Assembly: GCA_964566455.1 (NCBI GenBank)
Contig: CAZMKH010000001.1
Location: 2,469-35,291 of the forward strand
From: an uncultured Campylobacteraceae bacterium
Lineage (GTDB): Bacteria; Campylobacterota; Campylobacteria; Campylobacterales; JALSKU01
DNA: 32,823 bases
Direction: 5' to 3'
Below, piece by piece: positions 27,912 to 32,823 of this stretch (its first letter is position 1; the number at the start of each line of letters is the position of its first letter). Position numbers and translations under genes: made by a program. The notes under the pieces are model-generated. The model searched no databases and was not told the origin of the DNA. It was given only the letters and a program-made list of their open reading frames with translations.

Positions 27912-28130
27912 ATGGATAAAATATTTAAGTGTATAGATGGGTATCTAAAAGATTTGGAAAGTGATATATTAAGTATAGTAAGCGACCAATCCATTCCTCT
28001 AACCAAAAAAAATCAACTTATGGAGCCTATTGCGGACCAAAAAAAGATACTAACCTATACAAAAGAGGCACTTTTAAAGATAAAAAATAAAAAATATGAA
28101 GCCAAATGCGGCATGAGTGAGCTTTCCTAA
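27912..28130 (+). CDS. Small hypothetical protein (72 aa)
   Basis: The ORF follows a TATAAT-like box (27884-27889) and a weak AAAGG RBS. I recognise no motif. Coding status is uncertain. Confidence 0.3.
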   Translation: MDKIFKCIDGYLKDLESDILSIVSDQSIPLTKKNQLMEPIADQKKILTYTKEALLKIKNKKYEAKCGMSELS

Positions 28131-28182
28131 TCAAAATTATGCTATAATTATTTCTTATGATTTTGAGAACGAGGAACAGAGA

Positions 28183-28890
28183 ATGAAACTGACTGAAAAA
28201 GAGATGCTTGTAACTATGCTGGAAATGCAACAAACTTTAAATGATGAAACAAACGGAGAGGGCTGGGAAAGCGGATACAACAAATACGGAAAGATAATAA
28301 GCTGGAAAAGATGTATATATATGGAGTGTGCAGAACTCATTGACAGCTTTGCATGGAAACACTGGAAAAATATAAATGCAGATCCAAACTGGCAAAATAT
28401 CCATATAGAAGTGATAGATATCTGGCATTTTGTTATGAGTCTTGCGCTTGAGCAGTACCACAATCAAAAACTAGGTACCATAAAAGAGATAGCTGATTTT
28501 ATCATGGACAATAAAAGTTTTAAAATGTTTTGTAAAGAACCGGGTAATATAAAAAATGCCGAACAAATGGAAATCATCAATCAAATAGAAAGAATCATAC
28601 ATGTAACTTCAGGAACATACAGTGATACATTTGAGAAAATCATAAGTGAATACTTTACAGTAGCTCATAACTGCGGATTAAATCTTGACTCATTATATAA
28701 AGTATATATCGGTAAAAATGTACTAAACGGCTTCAGACAGGATAACGGATACAAAGAGGGTAGTTATAAAAAAATGTGGGGCGATGTAGAAGATAATGTT
28801 ATTTTAAACAAAATAATGCAAAACAATGCTTCAATAACCCCGAAAGAGTTATACAATTCACTTGAAAAAGAGTATAAAAAGATATCATGA
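28183..28890 (+). CDS. dut: Dimeric (all-alpha) dUTPase family protein
   Basis: MKLTEKEMLVTMLEMQQTLNDETNG..W......ISWKRCIYMECAELIDSFAWKHWKN...IEVIDIWHFVMSL matches the dimeric dUTPase family known from Campylobacter jejuni and trypanosomatids. The ATG at 28183 is preceded by GAGGA. The longer track ORF (28117) adds an implausible N-terminus. Confidence 0.78.
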   Translation: MKLTEKEMLVTMLEMQQTLNDETNGEGWESGYNKYGKIISWKRCIYMECAELIDSFAWKHWKNINADPNWQNIHIEVIDIWHFVMSLALEQYHNQKLGTIKEIADFIMDNKSFKMFCKEPGNIKNAEQMEIINQIERIIHVTSGTYSDTFEKIISEYFTVAHNCGLNLDSLYKVYIGKNVLNGFRQDNGYKEGSYKKMWGDVEDNVILNKIMQNNASITPKELYNSLEKEYKKIS

Positions 28891-29627
28891 ATCTATTGGG
28901 AAGAAGTATAAAGGATTTTTTGACTTTAAGATTTTTGCTTCTTTCAACACTGCCGTTTTTGATCTCTTTTTTGATATTTGGCTCACTCTTTTTATACAGC
29001 GGCAGTGAGTTCATAGACTTTTTAAATAATACCGCAAACGGAAGCAACTTTGCCGATATAGACCCCCAGGCTCATCCGGTAATCAACTATATACTTACTT
29101 TGGCATTTGTAAAATGGGCTCTTGTTACATTTTTTTATCTTTTCGGTACTTTTTTGATGCTTCTTATATCCATCATTATCGGTGTCATAGTTGTAGGATT
29201 TTTTACACCCTATATAGTTAAGATTATTCACAAAAAGTACTATCCAAACTTTCAAAGAGATGAGATAAGCTTTGCAAAAGTTTTATGGATGTATATAAAA
29301 GTATTTTTTATATTTCTGTTTTTATCTTTTGTGGCTATTCCTCTTTTGATAGTGCCGGGAGTCAATCTTTTTATATTCAATATCCCTTTTTACTACCTTT
29401 TTCACAATCTCCTGGTCATAGATGTAGGCTCAAACATAGAAAATGTCCAAAGATTTAAACTTATAACAGAAAAATTCAAAAAAGAGTTTATCAGTGCTAC
29501 CTTTATATCTTATGTACTGTCACTTCTGCCTGTCATAGGACTTTTTTTGCAACCTCTTTTTGTAATATTTCTAACTCATCTGTTTTTTGAAAAATCCAAA
29601 GAAACAACCCTCAATCCCAATTCCTAA
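28887..29627 (+). CDS. Integral membrane protein, EI24/CysZ-like (family tentative)
   Basis: The 246-aa ORF has 4-5 hydrophobic segments and a topology and length resembling CysZ/EI24 proteins. It overlaps the dut stop (ATGA). The family call is weak. Confidence 0.55.
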   Translation: MNLLGRSIKDFLTLRFLLLSTLPFLISFLIFGSLFLYSGSEFIDFLNNTANGSNFADIDPQAHPVINYILTLAFVKWALVTFFYLFGTFLMLLISIIIGVIVVGFFTPYIVKIIHKKYYPNFQRDEISFAKVLWMYIKVFFIFLFLSFVAIPLLIVPGVNLFIFNIPFYYLFHNLLVIDVGSNIENVQRFKLITEKFKKEFISATFISYVLSLLPVIGLFLQPLFVIFLTHLFFEKSKETTLNPNS

Positions 29628-30742
29628 ATCCTTCCTTCCGTAATTCCTTCAAATATTTTAGCACTTAGCTCTATTCTCTCTTTGAAGCTTTTTTTCAAAG
29701 CCCTCTCTTTTTTGGTATGGTCTCCATCACCAAAAGGTCCAAAACCGTCAAGCACAACAGTTCCTGCCGATGCTACAACATTCGCGTCACTTACACCGCC
29801 TCTTTTTTCTGTTTTCAGTTTGACATGACAATAATCTTCAATATTTTTTATAAAATCCTTCTGCTCATGGCTTGGCTGCATTACATCTCTTTGGATACCT
29901 CCGCTTAAGAGTGACTTACTTCCCTTTACATAAGATGTATTTACTATCTCGTCAATTTTTTTTAAAACTCTGTCTCTTTCATTCGTTGAAGTATATCTGG
30001 CTTCAAAGGTAAGTTTTGCGTAAGGAGAAATAGTGTTGGCTCCCACACCTCCTTCTATTTTTCCGACATTGAGCGTTGTACCTTTGTCCAAATCAGTAAG
30101 TTTTATAAGTTCTTGAAGTTTATAACTGGCTTCTAAGTTTGCATCTATGCCAAGAGCATAATTATTGCCGGCATGAGCAGGTTTACCTTTTATATCTATA
30201 AAAAATGTTCCTGCTCCTTTTCTTTGTACTACTACTTCCATATCTCTTCCCGCAGCCTCATAAACAAGGGCATAATCATAATCTTTGGCAACTTTGGCAG
30301 TAACAAACTTGGAATCATTGCTTCCGTCCTCTTCATCACTGACAAGTAAAAAATCAATATTTTCTATCTTGCCGTATTTGAAAAAATGCTCTCTTAATGC
30401 CTCGATGGCGACTATATTTCCGCCTTTCATATCGCAAACTCCGGGACCGTAAACCCACTCTTCATCTTCACTGAAACCTTCAAATGAACCTTCTGGAAAT
30501 ACCGTATCCATGTGTCCTAAAAGCAAAAGTTTTTTTCCCTCTTTTTTGGGCGAAGTAAAAAGTATGTGATTTCCTATATGCTCTCTTTCAAAGATTTTAT
30601 ATTCAAATCCCAAAGGTATCATCTTGGTAATATATATTTCACCGTTTTTATCAACTCCTGCTTTATTGCCGGTATATGAGTTTATTTCAACAAGCTGTTT
30701 TAACTCTTTTAAAAATTTCATCAATCCCTCCTGTATGCTCAC
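29624..30742 (-). CDS. M20 family metallopeptidase (carboxypeptidase G2 / glutamate carboxypeptidase-like)
   Basis: The 372-aa ORF has LLLGHMDTVFP, GPGVCDMKGG, VSDEEDGS and AHAG blocks, with GFGPFGDGDHT near the C-terminus. These are typical M20 di-zinc ligand contexts. Confidence 0.85.
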   Translation of the reverse strand: MSIQEGLMKFLKELKQLVEINSYTGNKAGVDKNGEIYITKMIPLGFEYKIFEREHIGNHILFTSPKKEGKKLLLLGHMDTVFPEGSFEGFSEDEEWVYGPGVCDMKGGNIVAIEALREHFFKYGKIENIDFLLVSDEEDGSNDSKFVTAKVAKDYDYALVYEAAGRDMEVVVQRKGAGTFFIDIKGKPAHAGNNYALGIDANLEASYKLQELIKLTDLDKGTTLNVGKIEGGVGANTISPYAKLTFEARYTSTNERDRVLKKIDEIVNTSYVKGSKSLLSGGIQRDVMQPSHEQKDFIKNIEDYCHVKLKTEKRGGVSDANVVASAGTVVLDGFGPFGDGDHTKKERALKKSFKERIELSAKIFEGITEGRI

Positions 30743-30771
30743 AACTAAGCAGATATTATACTGCTTTTTTG

Positions 30772-30777
30772 TATAAT
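30772..30777 (+). promoter_or_regulatory. Candidate -10 box (TATAAT) for the ATP-grasp gene pair, preceded by a 6-bp inverted repeat
   Basis: AAGCAG-ATATTATA-CTGCTT (30747-30766) is followed by TTTTGTATAAT. This lies 27 nt upstream of the ATG at 30804 and argues against the TTG at 30780 as the start. The inverted repeat could be an operator in the divergent M20/ATP-grasp control region. Confidence 0.3.
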
Positions 30778-30803
30778 AGTTGATTAATTTTCAAGGGAAA
30801 GTC

Positions 30804-31706
30804 ATGAATAAAACCGTAGGTATTTGGATGTATCAAAACGGCGGTGGTGACAAGATAGAGCAGAAACTTGTATCCAAACTAAAAGAGAGAGGCATAGACT
30901 CAAAAACCGGACTAAACCTCAGAAATGCCATAGTCAAGGATGATAAAGTTATTATAGATGACTTAGTGTTGAATGATTTGGACCTCTTTTTTACTTACAA
31001 TGCCGGAGAACAAACCCAGTATCAAGTATATCTCTATAAAACTCTCAACAGAGTCATACCTTTTATCAACTCTTATGAAGCCTTTGAACTTACTGAAGAT
31101 AAATTTCAAACAACATTTACTTTGAAATTAAACAGCATACCCACAACGGAATTTAGACTTTGCCACAGAGATGATGAAAAATTTTTAAGAGAGTTTATAA
31201 AAGAGTGGAAAAGAATGGTCTACAAACCGGTTGACGGTTGGGGAGGAATAGGACTTACCAAAATAGAAAACGAAGCTACTCTGGATGTTTTGATGCCATT
31301 TTTAAATCAGGCGGATTTGAGATTTTTATATCTTGAAAAATTTATTGATTATGACAATACCGACTTTAGAGTAGATATAGTTGACGGTGAATTTATCGCC
31401 TGTTATGGAAGAAAGGCCAGAAAGGGTGACTGGAAAACCAATGTAACAAGCGGAGGAAGTGTATTTTTAAGAGAGGCTGATGACAAACTTATAGAGTTGG
31501 CAAAAAAAGCTGCCAAAGTTACCGGACTGGACATTGCGGGAGTTGATATCATTTACGACAGAGAAAAAGAGGAGTATGTAGTTTTGGAGGTAAACGGCAT
31601 ACCTGCCTTTGCCACACCCGAACAGGAAAAAATGGGACTAAATTTTAATGATAAAAAGATAGATAAGATCGTTGAACTCATAGAAAGAAAAATAAAGGAA
31701 AAATAA
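30804..31706 (+). CDS. ATP-grasp ligase, RimK-like (alpha-L-glutamate ligase family)
   Basis: The 300-aa ORF has YKPVDGWGGIGL, DFRVDIVDGEFIACYGRKARKGDWKTNVTSGG and AGVDIIYD..EYVVLEVNGIPAF. These parallel the RimK blocks DIRCLVVG...R.A.EGDFRSNLHRGG and AGVDIL....LVMEVNASPG as recalled. Confidence 0.85.
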   Translation: MNKTVGIWMYQNGGGDKIEQKLVSKLKERGIDSKTGLNLRNAIVKDDKVIIDDLVLNDLDLFFTYNAGEQTQYQVYLYKTLNRVIPFINSYEAFELTEDKFQTTFTLKLNSIPTTEFRLCHRDDEKFLREFIKEWKRMVYKPVDGWGGIGLTKIENEATLDVLMPFLNQADLRFLYLEKFIDYDNTDFRVDIVDGEFIACYGRKARKGDWKTNVTSGGSVFLREADDKLIELAKKAAKVTGLDIAGVDIIYDREKEEYVVLEVNGIPAFATPEQEKMGLNFNDKKIDKIVELIERKIKEK

Positions 31707-32823
31707 TGGCTAAGAAAAAGTTACCAAAGCTTGGGTTTTTGTATTTGGATTATGTTTTGAGATTTTTTGACCACTCAAATTTCAAAGGGTGGCCGGATAA
31801 AATAGAAACTGTCACATATCACTGGAAAAATGATAAAGACAGATTTATCAAAGAGGTAAAAAAGAAAAAAATTGATGTACTCATAGGAAATATCCCCGCA
31901 ACAGCTTATGAAACTTTCAGGGAAATAGCAAGAGAATTGCCTCATGTTAGATTTATCCCCTCTTTGGATACTCAGTTTTCCAACAAATCAAAAGAGAATG
32001 TTACGAGATTTGCCTGGAAGTATAACCTGCCCATACCAAAAACTTATATATTTTATGACAGAAAAAAGGGGTATGAATTTCTAAAAAAGACAAAATATCC
32101 AAAAATTGTCAAAAGAAGCTACGGTCCTTCAAATTATGGGGGATATTTTGTGCATAAAGTTGACAGTAAAAAAGAGGCTATAAAACTTTTTGATGAAAAA
32201 AAGTATCATCCCATGTACCTACAGGATTTTGTACCTATGGAAGCAGATATCAGAGTTATGCTTATAGGTCATAAACCTGTTTGTGCTTTTTGGAGAAGAC
32301 CACCCAAAGGACACTGGCTGACCAATACAAGTCAAGGCGGAAGTATGGATTATCAGGATGTACCGAAGTCTGTTCTTGATTTGGCTGTCAAAACAAGCAA
32401 AGCTGCCAATGCAGAGTATTGGGCCTGTGATATCGCTTACGGGAAAGACGGCAAAGTTCGCATCTTAGAGTGCGCTACTGCGTTTGCCGCATTTCCATAT
32501 ATCAGAGACTGGATAGGAGAGTATCTTATGTGGAGTTTGAGTGGTGGTAAAATGAGAAAGCCTCATATCCCTATGTTTAACTGGGAAGAGTTAGGCAAAA
32601 TCGACTCCTCACTTCTTAGGACCATGAGACACATAACTTTCGGGGAGTACAGGAAAAGTTTTGACGGTGCATATTTTGGCAAAAAGAAAAAAGTATACGG
32701 CAAAGAGAAGGTTTACATACACAAGCTTGATGAAAAGTATCCTATGCTTGATGTAAAACCGAAAAATTATGAAGAGTGGCCTAGTGAAATATGGAATTTT
32801 CAGGACAAATTTGCACTAAAAAG
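31706..32823 (+). CDS. Second ATP-grasp domain protein (3-prime end beyond window)
   Basis: Absent from the ORF track because no stop lies inside the window. Its ATG overlaps the upstream TAA (TAATG). Translation reads MAKKKLPKLGFLYLD...KYPKIVKRSYGPSNYGGYFV...DIRVMLIGHKPVCAFWRRPPKGHWLTNTSQGGSMDY...YWACDIAYGKDGKVRILECATAF, an ATP-grasp core followed by an unrecognised C-terminal region. Confidence 0.75.
   Translation, partial: MAKKKLPKLGFLYLDYVLRFFDHSNFKGWPDKIETVTYHWKNDKDRFIKEVKKKKIDVLIGNIPATAYETFREIARELPHVRFIPSLDTQFSNKSKENVTRFAWKYNLPIPKTYIFYDRKKGYEFLKKTKYPKIVKRSYGPSNYGGYFVHKVDSKKEAIKLFDEKKYHPMYLQDFVPMEADIRVMLIGHKPVCAFWRRPPKGHWLTNTSQGGSMDYQDVPKSVLDLAVKTSKAANAEYWACDIAYGKDGKVRILECATAFAAFPYIRDWIGEYLMWSLSGGKMRKPHIPMFNWEELGKIDSSLLRTMRHITFGEYRKSFDGAYFGKKKKVYGKEKVYIHKLDEKYPMLDVKPKNYEEWPSEIWNFQDKFALK

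Noticed and set aside
27909-28130. Small ORF as a DksA/TraR-type zinc-finger protein
   Set aside because: It has only two cysteines in total (one near each end), no CxxC pair, and no recognisable DksA coiled-coil or zinc-finger signature.
1-32823. Phage-defence, toxin-antitoxin, CRISPR-Cas or mobile-element content
   Set aside because: No ORF on either strand shows nuclease, helicase, methyltransferase, Cas, transposase, integrase or toxin-antitoxin hallmarks. The only accessory-looking block is the exopolysaccharide operon.

Overview
AT-rich chromosomal segment that looks like a Campylobacterota (epsilonproteobacterial) genome. The basis is an AccA N-terminus and gene order resembling Campylobacter as I recall them, plus a dimeric-type dUTPase; the genus cannot be determined from the sequence.

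Left third (1-13.2 kb), housekeeping genes:
- accA (partial), fabF, acpP, fabG and gpmI on the minus strand
- mraY-murD and tRNA-Phe(GAA)
- a ClC channel, a YgjP-like metallopeptidase, PPK2, zinc-finger thioredoxin TrxC, an SH3/NlpC-P60 lipoprotein and NhaA

Centre (14.3-26.9 kb), the main item of interest: an eight-gene, translationally coupled alginate-type exopolysaccharide operon.
- Order: PL7 lyase, algD, alg8, alg44 (PilZ), algG-like, algE-like, algK-like, algA.
- The outer-membrane/periplasmic genes are in G-E-K order rather than the Pseudomonas K-E-G order.
- It lacks algX, algL, algI, algJ and algF.
- The epimerase, porin and Sel1-repeat lipoprotein homologues carry extra domains. These include SPOR-like N-terminal modules and a roughly 270-aa lysine-rich C-terminal domain.
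- These three genes are visibly more AT-rich than the flanks.
- An outer-membrane barrel ORF with no signal peptide, apparently 5-prime truncated, sits at the left edge of the operon.

Right part (27-32.8 kb): an EamA transporter, a small ORF, a dimeric dUTPase, an EI24/CysZ-like membrane protein, and an M20 (CPG2-like) peptidase divergent from two tandem ATP-grasp (RimK-like) ligases, the second running off the window.

Other points:
- A 14-unit, phase-locked heptanucleotide repeat array lies between gpmI and fabG.
- I saw no CRISPR array, transposase, integrase or recognisable defence genes.
- All family calls come from reading motifs and recalling reference sequences. No database search was possible.
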